64,000 nucleotides of DNA from Callorhinchus milii (GCF_018977255.1 NW_024704743.1:9612001-9676000), one strand, 5' to 3'. Positions 14,162 through 29,300 are shown, counted from the stretch's first letter. Numbers and translations are program-made. The notes: generated from the letters alone by a model not told the origin.

Positions 14162-14846
14162 CTAGAAAGTTAGAATTATTTGAAAAAGTTGAGGTGCATA
14201 AATTTCTTTCAGAATGTACAAAAATAGATAAATAAAATACAGGGCAAAAGTTTTCAGCCAACCAAGCCTGTTTTGATCTTCATGTTTTGATCAAATGTAC
14301 AATTTGACAATTATTGTTTCCCATCCCACTTATATCATCTTTTGAGAAGATGGCACTTCATGTAAACCTTTCAAGAAAAAGCTCTGTGAAACTTCTGACA
14401 ATAGATAAATCGAGCAAAAGACTCTCCAACATCAAACGAACACTACAATTCATATTACTCAACCCTGATCCCTTAAGATTCCACAGAATCCCAATAGCAC
14501 AGAATCCATTATTTTCAAAATAAATTATCATTTTAATGTATACTTGTATATTTTAATCTCCTTCCTAACCAGGCATTCAGACAACCCTTCTTCTGAAAGA
14601 ATTAATTGGCATAACATCAACTGCTTTAAAACTTTTCAAAATACGTACGACCCTGTTGGAAAAATGTTTTCCAACGTTTAGTCTTTTCATTTTCTCTTAT
14701 TCTACAATCATTCTAAAATCTATGACCTGCTTCAAATTACCTTATCCATGATTTTATACGACCAAAATATTGTCCTTTTTTTATTCTCTTGTGAAAACAA
14801 GTTCAGTTTTATGAGTCTCTCAACCTAACCTACCCAAGGTAAGTTA

Positions 14847-15068
<222 letters not shown>

Positions 15069-17000
15069 CTAAACCTGTCACCTTTGAAGCTCCTGATGAC
15101 CTTGGAGACGACAAGTTTGCAGGGCTATGGGGAGAGAGCAGGGGAAGTGCGACTGATTTGCATAGCTCTTTTCAAAGAGCCGGCACAGACACGATGGGCC
15201 AAAGGGCCTTCTTCTGTGCTGTATAACTCTATGAAAATTTTTAAGACATTTTAGTTTTGAGTTTCATTAGCAGTTTTGAGAGCATTCAAAAAATATATAA
15301 AATATTAGCTTTAAACAATCAATTGAGCTGCAACTTAACACAACCATTGCTAAAGCAATCCTATTTTGAATAATTTCTTTCTTTGAATATTATCATCCCT
15401 GCAGAGAATATGTGTGGCAGAATGGTTTCTCTTTTATTGCAGATTGGGTTTCAAATTCAGAAACCTTTGAAGGAAGACTGCGTGGTCAGTGTTAGAGTTT
15501 AAAGTTCAGGCAATAGGAGGCAGAATGAGAGCTCAGTCAAACTGAGTTGTGATGGCTGATTCTACAAAATAAATTATCACACCAGATGTGTTTTAATTAT
15601 CTTTCAACCTCATTGGAGGTTATGTTCATGAATACCACAAAGAGCATGATTGTCAATTCAATAACAATCTTGGCATATTCTGTTAATTATTTTAAAAGGG
15701 AATGGAACTAGTTTTTTGAAGACAAGAAATATTAAAGAGTATGGGGCACAAGCCAGTGCGTGGAATTGGGTCACACAAAGAAAAATGCCAATGCAAACTT
15801 AACGGGTTCAATACAATACAAAATTACATCGGTAAACCTCTTTCACATCGGGAGGATGTCCCAAAGTGCTAAACAGTCAGGGATTAAGGATTAGGACCCG
15901 AGTGGGGGAGAAGGGAGGGGGTGGGATCAGGGAGGATGGAGGGCAGAGAGGCATGGTCGAATGATCTGTTTCTGTGCTGAAACATTTTATGATTAAGTTT
16001 TAGAACTAAAAGGCTACCTGTGTATATTGGTAATGTCAATTCAGGGAAAGACATAACACTTGGTGATTAAATATTTTTTAAAAGCCTGTTGACATCTTTA
16101 TCTCTTATTGCAGCAAAAAAACATAATTTCAACTATTCACTGAATACTGAGCAGCCACGGATAATATAGCTCAACTGTATTTTAATATTGTGACTGTGTT
16201 AAAACAGAGTAAATTGCAGTTGACATCTTTCATTTAGAAAGCTGATATATGATGCTAACTTCCATTAAAGCTGCTGAAAGTACACCTTAGGATCTGATTC
16301 TCCTCCAAACAGAAAAAAGTTAAGCAGCATTGGAGGAAAATATTGTAGAAACTATTAGGCAGAAGTACAATTACAGAACCCACTGTACTGTATGTGTACT
16401 CTGGACACTTACACAAATAACTTGCTGAAAGGTCATTGCATCCACATTGTAGTGTTGAAAATTGTTTTTGCATGACACTACAAAGTTCTAAAGTTAAATA
16501 CTGAGAACTCATAATACCAACAGTGTACTTGTTCCTCTAGTCGATATTTACAAGCTTAGTGGAAATGCGGTCAAATACTTACAAACAGGATATTCAGTCA
16601 TGTCAGATTAGAAAGAGAGATGATGGATACCAGAAAAATGCTTTGTTTGTGAAGGTTCAATTTCTCAAAGAATGATTGAGATGCAACATAAAGTAAGTCA
16701 TCACTATTTTGTTCTCATTTATTCAATCTTTACATATAGGAAGTACCTGTTCAACAAGGTAGTGCAGATTTGCACCACCAGCCTATGATGACCAACATCT
16801 TCAAACTAGCTTGAACCACAGCAGCAGCAAACTGCTTATTGTTTTGTGCTGAAAGTCGCAATAAGGTTGTGTAAAAGAATGCAAGCCTGCCTCAGTTGGT
16901 GGTACTTTTCTCTCTGAATCAAGAGGTTGGTGAGTTCAATTTCCACTTCAGCATTCTGAACTCACATAATCTTTGCCAGTGGTCTCCAACCAGTCAATCA

Positions 17001-17015
17001 CCACTAGGTGGCACT
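17001..17015 (+). promoter_or_regulatory. CTCF-like motif
   Basis: CCACTAGGTGGCACT matches the CTCF core consensus. Confidence 0.45.
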
Positions 17016-17257
17016 GTCACGATGCTCAAAAAGACAAAAGGAGCAATTTTCATGGCACTTTGCCGAATAAAGTTTATATTTTTATTTTGAGATGCATCAT
17101 CAATGCATCAAAGCGACCAAAGTGTTCTACAAAATTCTGACATTGACGAGTCAACTCAGCCAAAGGAGAAACTCTGATGAAGAATTCTAACCAAACGTTT
17201 ACCTTTCTCTTTTAAATGCTGATCATGCTAGGAATTTCTAAAACTGTTCTATAACAA

Positions 17258-17591
17258 ATAATAATAACCCTTTCATTTGTGATAGTGCCTTATCACATCT
17301 TTGAGACAATTCAAAGCACTTCACAGAATATACTATAAAATAAATTGACTGTATATTTGTTGGCAAAACGCAGCAGCATCCCACAAAACAGTCATGGATT
17401 GAAGTGACCAATTTATTATTTTTTTTGAAGGAATTATTACCCCCGGAAAAGCTATCCACCAACCCGGTTGTTAGTTAAACAGAGGAGTGTGGAATAAGGA
17501 AAGTTGCCCAACGTCTCCCCCAACTGGGAATCAAACCCAGGTCTCTCGCTTGCGAGGCAAGTGTTCTAACCATTGAGCTACAGGACTCCAC
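17258..17591 (-). mobile_element. Same SINE family, long variant
   Basis: Full head (ends CAGGACTCCAC on +), central segment and tail. Confidence 0.8.
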
Positions 17592-18675
17592 TTGTGTTTT
17601 ACCCCAGTTTTCAAGCATTTCCAGCTTTCCTTTTAACGTCTGCTACCAAAAGACATCTAATTAAACATTTTGAAGGGTAAATAATATGATTTTCCTCAAG
17701 GAGAAATCTTAATTTCACTGACGGTTTTGTGCTGAAGTGGATCACTCTTCCTGCAATTCAAATCGCAGAGTCTTTTGATGCACCAATCTCATATTAAAAT
17801 CTACAGCCGGTGGATAATGTCAGATGTAGCAGCTCAATAATATACAGAAGTATTCCTGGCTTGAAGCTCTTTGGACTAATTTACTCGTAAGGTTGTATCC
17901 AGGATGAGTTGGGCAGGAAGTTATTAACAAAATACTAGTTTCACTGGCTTAGTTGACTTAGTTCTGTGGTTTTATAAAGTAGAAAGAAAGCAATCTTTAA
18001 AGTCAAAGGTTGCCTGTTAAAAAATGACCTCAAAAGAAACCTCATTTGACATAGTTTTTCAGGAAAATCTTACATTTCCCAAAATGTCCAATTCTTGCAT
18101 TTCCAGCTCTAAATCCAAATAAAAGGACATTGGGAGACACTGGGATGTAAAGTGAGAGGATGACCAGGCTCCCTTAACGCCCTGCTGATACCTAAGATCA
18201 CTTTCCCCAAAGTATTGGCAGATAGCTGAAATTGACTCTTCACATAATTAATCCTTAGATTTAGGATACAAAGAAGTGTAAGGATAAATTAATCCAAAAG
18301 ACATTTAGCAGGTATGATTTCTGTATATAACTGAGCTTAGATATCCGGAGATGAACTGATGGTTATGGAGCTCAAGAGCAGAACCAAGATTGTCAGATTA
18401 GTTTTCTATTTACTGTGAATTTTCTTTCTTCCCTGTAATGATAATCAACCTTACATTTGATATAGTGCCTAAAATCTCAAAGCATATCAAAATACTTCAC
18501 AGGTAATTGCCGACAGGTTGTATTTTAAATTGCCCCTGCATCCCATCTAGGAAGAGTAAAATCACTCAGACCTGGAAAATTGTTCTTTTCATTGTGCAAT
18601 GCTGTTGCTGGCAAACCCATAATGATGAAACATTGGGCTTCGAATTTTACATAATCTTGTTTATAATCTTCATGG

Positions 18676-18880
18676 AGTCATAGAATTATACAGCACAGAA
18701 GGAGGCCATTCGGCCCATTGTGTCTGTGGCCAGCTTTTTGAAAAGAACTATTCAGTCCCACTGCTCCACTCTCACCCCATAGCCCTGTAAACTTGTCCTC
18801 CCCAGATAATTATCTACTTCTCTCTTAAAAGCTGTTATCGAATCGACTTCCACCACCCTTTCAGGCAATGCATTCCAGAT
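18676..18880 (-). mobile_element. CR1 3' end
   Basis: Near-identical reverse complement of 24060-24268. Confidence 0.85.
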
Positions 18881-19480
18881 TGTTGGCCAGGACACCAAAA
18901 GAAACTCCCTTCTCTTTTCGAATAGTGTCATGGGATCTTTAACGTCCACCAGCAGGCAGACACAACCCTTCTTTAATGCCTCTTCTGAAGAACAGGACCT
19001 CTAGCATTTCCATCGACAGCACTTGCGTTGAAGTGTCAATTTGGATTGTGAGTTCAAAATCCCAATGTGGTCTTCTAACTCTTGTAAATCTTTTGTACAT
19101 ATCAAAGACTGATTAAATAAATTACCGCACATAATACTTCTGTTGCAGGAAGCTTTCGAGACTCTCTCTGACCACCCAGACTATAAATGTAAGCCTGGCT
19201 AAGTTGGTAACACTCCCCTCTAAGAGTTAGAAGACCTGCTGGTGGATGTTAAAGATCCCATGACACTATTCGAAAAGAGAAAGGAGTTTCTTTTGGTATC
19301 CTGGTCAACAATACTCCAGATACATTTGGTCATTTACCCTATGTGTGTTTGTGGGACATTGCTGTAAGAAAATGACTGTCTCGTCCACCTACAAATACAG
19401 TCACTGCACTTTAGAGTAAAAACCTGTGAAGTCATTTTGAAAATACGATAAAGCACTACATCAATTGCATGGATTACTAA
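18881..19480. mobile_element. Inverted pair of older Deu-domain SINE fragments
   Basis: GGTGGATGTTAAAGATCCCATGACACTATTCGAA...CCTGGTCAA, a Deu-domain-like core, occurs on - (18881-18956) and + (19235-19310). Confidence 0.65.
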
Positions 19481-19567
19481 GCGTTTCATTCTTGAATGAG
19501 TACCATATACCTCTTAATAATTTAAAGAACGTTTTTTCAAAACAGGTGTTGCAACTGTAGGAGTTTA

Positions 19568-19672
<105 letters not shown>

Positions 19673-21626
19673 CTATAAATGAAATGCAACAGTCAATGTA
19701 AGCTAGGAAAATAGGGAAAAGCAGAAACAGATTTTAAAAAATCAAAAATATACAAACCTTACACTTCACAGTAATAAACCTGTGAAGCACTTTGAGATGT
19801 TTTGATAACATGATAAGGTGCTATTAAATGCAAGAATTATTTTTTTCTATAAAAATATAGTTATGTTGACATCATTGAGAAACTGCAGTTATGAGCAATG
19901 AAGCTCTCAAGTTCGTGATTGTAGTATAGACCCTGATATTTATTTGTGAAAAAAATGCAGGCAAAAGATGAGCTGCTGCACTTTAAAAAGCCGATCAGTG
20001 ACCTGTGCACTAAGTGATAGCCAACACCTAACTACCATATTATAATGGGATTTTATGGTATTAACAAGGTACTAATGCACATACAAGAAACATCTGAGGT
20101 AATGATTCCCAAATGATGGTGGTTTAACTCCTTGACATAATCAGAATCAGTAAATCAACCAAACCAACAGTCATTAAGACTCATTGTTTAAAAGAGCTAT
20201 GAGGAACGGTTAGAAAAACTGTCTCAAATAGACAAACTCTATTCATGAGGACCTTATAAGAAGAAACAGGAAGCTTAATGGGAAAGAGAAAGTAAATATT
20301 GAACAATACTTTCAGATACACCGTAGCTGCAGGACAAGTGGTCAAGTTGTGAAGGACAATTTTAGGACAAACAGAAAGTATTTCTTTACACAAAAGGGCA
20401 ACCAAAACAGCTGGAACTGTTACTGGAAAAGCCATTCGACTTATTTAAGAAACAGATTTATGCTGTGATCAGAAGACAAGACAAAATAAAAAAAGTGATA
20501 ATTATAATTTGGTCACTCAATCCACTACTGCTGTATACAATTGCCTGCCGTGTTTCACCCACAAAATACAGTCACTACACTCTACAATGAAGTGGTTTGA
20601 GTCATCTCAACGAGGTGATAAGGTTCTGTATCAAATACAAGGATTATTATTATTAACAGGTGTAAGCTGATGAAAGAGTGCGGCTGAGACCCCCCCCACA
20701 TCCCATCTTGGGCTGGTTTTTGTGTAGTAGAGACTTTGTTGCAAAGAAAGAACCAGCATGAATGGGACTAGTGCCACCTGGCGAGGGGATACCGTAGGCA
20801 CAGCAGCAGCAAATCAGGGTGGCTACATGGCAGAAGGGTGGGTCGTGAACGAGAGACACTGCTGCCATTTTATTTAGGGACGGAGAGAGAAAAACTCCTG
20901 CTAGATTGTCTGTGTAAGCGACTCAGAAACACAGAGCGTAAAGGACTGTCTGTTTAAGGGACTCGGAGACACTGAGGGCAGATCAACAATCTACATGAAG
21001 CGGTCACCATTCTCTACCGGAGGAAGGATTGGATCACATTTAATCCGAAGGGTCCCTGGATGTATGTATTGACTTTGGTTATTAAAACATTAACTCTTGT
21101 ATTACATTGTGAGGACCCCACAAACTCACAGGATGGGTATTTTGGAAGAATGAGATCAAGTGAGCGAAAGGGGCTTCTTCATCCAAACCTCTTTTGATTT
21201 TGTGGGGAATCTAAGATGAAATTGTTTAAGTTTTAAAAGGCTATCTCTGATGGTTGTCGTAAGAAGAACGAGTTGAAAATCAGTAAAAGGACATAATTTG
21301 CAGGACATAGGAGTACTGACACTGATGATCAAATGGTTTGTTTTTGACTCAAGTTGGAACTGTGAAACTATAGCCAGTCACACTAAATAATGTAGATATT
21401 AATTATACAAATATTCTGGTATCTTCACTCAATTACTAGGGGCAGAGAGAGATGAAGTCAGCATTAAGTCTCATTTTTACTTGTAGTTATTCATCTCCTT
21501 TGATCGAGGAGAGTTCCCCACAATGCAAATTATTCAATGCAACATTCAAAGCAGTGGGCAAGATGGGCTGAATATCACTTTCTTGTTCTGCACTTTACGC
21601 CCTTGCAGAATTTAAGTAGTTAACTA

Positions 21627-21818
<192 letters not shown>

Positions 21819-22529
21819 TCAAAATTGGAAAATACTTGTTTAGAAATCTAAGCAGAGTACTTGATAGAATCTCACAATAACCAATTGGTACTACACTTTT
21901 CTTGGCATTGAGGCAACGAAGGATTAGCTCGCAAACCAGTTCAGACCATTGCTCCCATTAATTGAATGGAGTTCCTCACCGATGGACCGAGCTCCTCCAA
22001 GATAACTCAAGTCACTAGAACCACTTCAAAGCAAGAAACTTTTTCCTAGAGGCATAATATTTTCTTATTGCTTTTTTCTTCTACAGTTGGTCAGTTGTGT
22101 GAACAGAAAGTACTCCCCACCCCCAACTCACCAAACGTAATTTGTAGTTGCATTTACCAAATTCTGTTTTGAATCAGCCATGAAGTGAAAGTGTTTTTTG
22201 CAGTAAATGCAAAATGTGTAACCAATTTGTTGAAATTTCCTTCAGCAAAACACAATTAAGGACGGGCAAGGCAAAGGATGTGGTGGAACATGCAATGTGC
22301 TTTTGAGATATGTCATTAAGAGTGCTCTGATATGAAGAAATCACCATCAGAAAAAAAAGCAACTCTGATCAACAGACCACGCATAGGCTAACGTTAATTC
22401 CACTTCACAATTGTTGAAATATATCGTATGAGCATTAAATAGCATTATACTTTAAGATAACACCATTGCATAGCCTTATTCTAGAATATTTCTGCACAGA
22501 AGGGGGCCATTCAGTTAACCAACTTCTTT

Positions 22530-24510
22530 AACAACAACTCGCATTTAGATAGCACCCTTCACGCGAGGTAGTGACCCAGAGCGATTGACAGTGGCAGATT
22601 CTGAACCCGAGAGAGAGTGGGGAGGTGACCGTAAGCACGATCAAAAAGCAAAGTCTTTAGGTGGAATTTGAAAGTGGGGAGGGAGGGGGCAAGGCGGAGG
22701 GATTGAGGGAAAGAGTTCCAGAGTTTCGGGGCGTAATGGCTGAAGGTGGAGTATGATTTGAAAACAAGTAAGAAAATATTGAAATAATTGTGTAATTGAA
22801 GTAATTGTGAGCCAATGGAGCCTGGCAAGGACTGGTGTGATGGGATTACGCAGTTTTGTGAAGATGAAGGTAGTGGAGTTCTGAATTAGTTGTATTTTGT
22901 GTATGGTTGAACTGGGGAGACCAACGAGAAGGGCATTGGAATAGTCCAGCCGGGAAGTGACGAAGGCGTGGACAAGGGTTTTGGCTGCTTTTGCTGTGAA
23001 GTACGGACGGCGGCAGACAATATGACGGAAGTGGAAAAAAGCGGTCCTGGTCAGGGAATGGATGTGGGGTAAAAAGGAAAACTGGGAATCAAACCTGACG
23101 CCTAAGTTGCACACGGATTCGGTGAGACTGAGGCAGAGACCAGGGAGAATGAGGCGTTCTGACCCACAGGAGAGAAGATGTTGACGGGAGCCAATGAATA
23201 TGGCTTCCGTCTTGCTGACAGCTGCAGGAAATTTGCGCTCATCCAGGCCTTGATGTCCGCCAAACAAGCTGAGAGGACATCAGCGGAGTGAGAGACGCAG
23301 CTGGAGGAGAAAGAGAAGTAGATTTGGGTGTCATCCACATACATGTGGAAGTTGACCCCATGTCTGCGGATGTCCCATGTCTAGGAAAAGTAGTAAACAG
23401 TGAGGAGGATAGTAGCAGACTGCAAATGGACATAGACAGACTGGTAACATGGGCAGATACGTGGCAGATGAAGTTTAATGTGAAGAAATCCAAAGTGATG
23501 CATTTGGGGAAGAAGAATGAGGAGAGGCAATATAAGCTAATGGTAGAATCTTAAAGGGGTTGAAGGAACAGAGAGACCTGGGGGTTCATATCAGTAAATC
23601 TTTCAAGGTGGCAGGACAGGTAGATAAAGCTGTTAAAAAAGCATATGGGATACTAGGTTTTATAAATAAGGGCATAGAATACAAAAGTCAGGAAGTTATA
23701 ATGAACCTTTATAAAACACTGGTTAGGCCTCAGCTAGAGACTGTGTTCAGTTCTGGGCATCACACTTTAAGAAGGATGTCAAGGCATTGGATAGTGTGCA
23801 CAGCATTTATCAGGATGGTATCAGGAATGAGGAACTTCAGTTATCAGGAGAGGCCAGAGAAGCGAGGATTATTCTCCTTGGAGCAGAGAAGATTAAGAGG
23901 AGACTTAATAGAAGTTTTCAAAATTATGAGGCGATTCGATAGGGTGAACAAGGAGAAACTATTTCCACTGGCGGGTGGGTCAGTAACCTGAGGGCACAGG
24001 TTTAAAATAGTTGTTAAAAAAACAGAGGAGGTGAGGAGAATTTTTTTTACACAGTTTGGATCTGGAATGCATTGCCTGAAAGTGTGGTGGAAGCCGATTT
24101 GATAACAGCTTTTAAGAGAGTAGATAATTATTTGGGGAGGACAAGTTTGCAGGGCAATGGGGTGAGAGTGGAGCAGTGGGACTGAATAATTCTTTTCAAA
24201 AAGCCGTCCACAGACACAATGGGCCAAATGGCCTCCTTCTGTGCTGTATAATTCTATGATTCTATGACATTGCCAAGAGGGAGCATGTAGATAAGGAAAA
24301 GAAGGGGCCCAAAGTTGGAGCCTTGGGGTATCCAGCAGGTGACCAGGTGGAGGCAGGAGGAGAGACCGTTTGCCGAGATGTATTGTTGACAGTTAGTCAA
24401 GTAGGACTCGAACCATGCGAGTGCGGTCCCACTAAGGTGAATGAGGGAGAGGCAGTGAAGGAGGATGATGTGATTGACTGTGTTGAATGCGGCAGAGAGG
24501 TCGAGGAGAA
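22530..24510 (-). mobile_element. Old L2 split by a CR1 insertion
   Basis: L2 RT (YVDDTQIY; AFVTSRLDYSNALL) at 22530-23375; L2 sequence resumes at about 24270-24510. Confidence 0.8.
23380..24268 (+). mobile_element. CR1 LINE 3' fragment
   Basis: LQMDIDRLVTWADTWQMKFN...RDLGV...LYKTLVRPQLE...LEQRRLRGDLIEVFKI; (TTCTATGA)n tail. Confidence 0.9.
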
Positions 24511-25423
24511 CAACAAAATTACATTTATAGAGCGCCTTTCATGTCGGGAGGACGTCCCAAAGCACTGGAGGCATGGTCACTTTAAGCATTTGTGTAAGTC
24601 CTTAATCACATATTATTTATCTCTTTTCTATCACAAAATGATGAGGCTGGGTTATTTGTAGCCACATTTCAACCCAAAAAAGGAACAATGAACCTTTCAG
24701 AAATGCAATATTTTTCAGCTTCATACTTGTTTTTTTTCATAAAATACCCAGAAAATAGAGTTTCTGTAAATATTTACAGATCTAAATATCAGAGGAGTTC
24801 AGGGAAATTCCTAAATCTGTTTAGTTGGTGGACTCGTAATACAAACAAGGAATCAATATCAACAATTGTGGCCATGACTTCCCAGCTGCTCACATTTGCT
24901 GTTACACGAAAGACTGGGAATTTTGAACCAGGAAGTAATTGACCAACTACTGACAGCAGTGATTCACTACCAAATGGACCATGAATTGTACTGGAGTCCC
25001 ACTCTGAAAAGTGCATTTGTACACCTTAAAATGTGGCAGTTGTAAATCACATTGTGCTCTCTCCCTTCTCCGTAGATAACTCAGGCCAAGAAACTTTGAA
25101 CAAACGTTTTATTACAGCTGTTGAAGAGACAATCACACGACCAGTTCTTTCATGACATCAAAAGTATAAACACCCAATTTGGTATAACCTACTTGAAGAC
25201 TAAGGATATTCCATTAGTCAGGAACTCAAATCAGCATAAAATGTATTTTCTTAAAGTAAACAGAAAACTTCAGAAAAATTTATACTGCATCACCCTGAGA
25301 TCAATATCTTTGATACTGTGGCCATTTCCAACTACACTATTTTTTAAAAAGGGCACCCTGCTATTTAGCATTGCAAAATTTTAAACACTGGAATGGAAAA
25401 CCAGAGGAGTATTTGTTTGCCTA

Positions 25424-25561
<138 letters not shown>

Positions 25562-26059
25562 TCACTGTAAAGGAGAAAAAAAAAAGCTTCATTTCAGATG
25601 TAAGCAATTACTAAAAAAACTTTTAGAACATCAGTTTTAAAATGTTAACATGTATTTTCCAGACAAATATTCAGAACCATGTTAATTTAGCAAGTGTCTG
25701 CCAAACAGAACATCTATTCTAGCTCCCACATCAGCGCATTTTCTTGGTTTGGATTACAGCACTTTTCAAAAGAAAAATCACCTGAATGCTGTACAGTAAT
25801 ACATATACAAAATCTATTAACGTTCAAATATATAAGACTAGCTGTATCCATTGCAACTATGCTTGAAACATTGAAACATATAAGAAAACCTAAAAAATGC
25901 AAACTATAAATATCAGTGCACTATATATTCAAACATGGCCCAGCAAAGCAACCAGAACAGAATTTATAAGGGTCCAAGTTTCTATCCAGCAAACGAACCT
26001 GCAATGAAATTTGGTCCAATGTATAATAATAATCCTTGCATTTAATATAGCGCCTTATT

Positions 26060-26381
26060 AATAATAATAATAATCCTTGCATTTGATATAGCGCTTTTCA
26101 TGTCAGGAAGACAGCCCAAAGCGCTTCACAGAACCCACTGTAAAGTGAATTGACTGTATATTTGTGGGCGAACGCGGCAGCCAATTGTGCACAGCAATGT
26201 CCCACAAACAGTCGTAGAATGAAAATGACCAATTTATTATTGTTTTTGTTTTGGAGGGATTATTATTAGGCTCTGTGTGGAGTAAGGAAACTTGCCCAAG
26301 GTTTCGCCCTCTGCCTGGAATTGAACTCAGGTCTCTCACTTGCAAAGCGAGTGCTCTAACCACTGAGCTACAGGACTCCAC
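26060..26381 (-). mobile_element. Same SINE family, short variant, full length
   Basis: Near-identical reverse complement of 897-1218. Confidence 0.85.
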
Positions 26382-29300
26382 GAATTACTTTGTTGAAACG
26401 TCTCAAAGCACATCACAGATAATACTGTAAAGTGAATTGACTGTATATTTTGCAGGCCAAGTTGTGTAAACCTTATTGAATGGATGTCAGATTTTGGTGA
26501 AACATGTGTGCAGATGCAAAGATATATTTAGTTGCAGTAAGAGGTTTCAGAGCCAGAAATGTTAGAGGGATGAGCTATGAGCAACGAATAGACAAAGTTA
26601 GAGCTTTTCAGTCTTGAGAGAATAATAATAATAATCCATGCATTTGATATAGCGCTTTTCACATCTTCAAGACGTCCCAAAGCGCTTCACAGAATGTTTC
26701 AGATGGGACCTCATAGAGGTGTACAAAATTTTAAATGGGATTGAAAAAGTAAACCAAGATCAATACTATAAGGTACAACAACAGTACAAAAAAACAAAAA
26801 AAAGTAGAACAAGAGAACGAACATAGGTTCAGAGTTAGTTGTAAAAGGCAGTTTCAGGACTGTTACCAGGAAGTTTTTCTTTTCTCAGAGAATATGGACT
26901 CATTTATAAAGAAGCTTGATGCTGTGTGTGAATGGGGGACGGAAGGGTTGGTGTCCTGAAAGGATAACATCAAATGGGCTGAAGGGTTTTCTTCATCTGA
27001 ATCAATCTTGTGAATGCTAGCGTTTAAAGTAGTTATTTTTAAAATGAACTCCTTATCTATTACTATGGCAATGTAATACAATAGTAGCTAAAGAACTAAT
27101 AACTTTTGAGTTGGCATCTATGGCGTATTTTTCAATGGAAAATACACTCGTGCCTCTTCCAAGAGGCCATTGCTCATACGAACAAGTAAAGCCAGATCCG
27201 GTTTCCACCAGATTTTGTCCCCCTCAGATATTCTGAGGCAAAATGTCACAAACTTTTATCTTTCTCAGGTGGCTAAGCACTCTCGATTGCACCCACATAC
27301 CCTGGAATGGGCTTGATAATGTATATTATGGCAACTGTTGTTGAAACTTCTTACTAACTCCTGGGGTCAAAAAAGTTCATGTTTGTTTTCTCACCTACGG
27401 AGAGCGTTTGCATGCCTCCATCGCACATCTACCTTGTACCCCGTCACTCAGAAACCAGCCACCAGGAAGTGTACAAGTCTGAAGCTTGAAACATCATGTA
27501 ATTTTTCCCTCCCCTGATTGCAAACTCCATCTGAAGATCCAGTTAAAGAAAAACAATTCCTGTTCAGGAATGCATTGGTCAGACTATTATTCTACCATCG
27601 TATTATACATTGTTATTTACGGGATGATTGCACAGATCTGCTGCCGCGTTTGCCTATATAACATTCACTTAAATTTCTAATCAATTTATTTCATAAAGTA
27701 CTTTGAAATATTTATTTTAAAATGAAAATCCCTATATTTTAAGTGATAGGTATTCTTACCACTATTATTACTATTAATGGTGATTTATTACACCAAGAAC
27801 CCAAACCTTTAATTATAGTTTTTTTCTTTGGGTAGGATAGGAGAGAAGATACAGCTACAATTTAACGATTCGATAACAAAGTGTCATGATAAGTTTTCAA
27901 TTTTAATTATACTCCCAATCAGCTCAATCAATCAAAAAAAAATTATGCTTAATATTGTTATTTTATCCCAGCCATCCCAATTCTTTCTTTTTTAACCTTT
28001 ATCAATAATTTGCACTTATATACCACCTTTCGTGTAGAACATTTATAGATATGGAGTCAAAGCTTGAGAACGGTGGGAGGAGGTGGCTGAAGATGCAGTC
28101 AAAGAGATGGTTTCTAGATGGGTTTTGAAAGCAACAATAACAAATTACATTTGTATGGTGCCTTTCACATCAAGAGGACTTCCCAAGGCGCTGAGAAGGA
28201 AGGAGCAGGGTGACGGCTTTTCAAACTCCAAATAGCAGGGGCAAAAGTGGCTGAAACCTCACTGATGGTGTGCTGGAAAACATGAACCAGGTCTTTGTCG
28301 ATAGCATGGATAATTTTAATTTTTTTTACTAAAGGTTAGTAAATCTAGGGTACACGTTGACTTTTCACCTAGATTTCTGCAATCCTCGTGATGGCAAATA
28401 TGATCCAATGTAAACAGCCTTGCCTTTTGCAAATTTACAACTCTTATGGTGAATAGTGAATAAGTACACTTGGCTCAGTAAAAATTCTCAGGTGAGTGGG
28501 GGAGAAGTGGGCAGATGGGAGTCAATGTATTTACTTATTCATAGCCTCTCATCTTTCTTGATTTAGATATGAAAAAAAATTGCATCAGGAGTTAACCTGG
28601 TCACATTTGTCATACATTCCGACGAACTTCTTTACTTATATTTTCCAGCCTTGGGATGTCCTCCCGATGTGAAAGGCGCTATACAAATGTAATTTGTTGT
28701 TGCTGCTGCTGTTCTCTTGGCTTCAAAAAGCTGTAAAGCCAGTTTTCAAGAAAATGCATTTTTAAGAAATTGCTTCTGTTTCAAAATTGGGCTGAAGACC
28801 CAAAGGGAAGTTGAGTGAAAGCTTTAACGTCAGAAATGAAAGTAAAAATTGACAACAAATTGCATAACCACAAAAAAAGTAAAATAAATAAGCATTCTGT
28901 TTTTCACCTAAGAATAATGCATAAAGGATCGTGTATCTATATTCTTGTTTAGTTTTCTTAAATAGAAATTATAACCTTTTTACATTTTGTTAAAATTAGC
29001 ATTCTCTTAATATGTATTTTACTAATAGAAGTTTTCCAATATTTTTATTGTTAAACTGTTTAAATACTAGTCTTTTAAATAAATTTTTTGATGTAAAACA
29101 GTCTTTTCACTGTGCATTTGACATCAACAGAGTAAACAGAAAATGTTTGTAAATCTATGGGCAACCTAAAGGTTAACATCAATGTCTCTTTATTGTGTAA
29201 TCTGCAAAATATAGTAAAGTTTGAAGCTGAACAGCAAACACCAATAACGGGATTTGCTAGAGCCAATATTCATGGTGTGTCATTATATTCCATTAACAAC

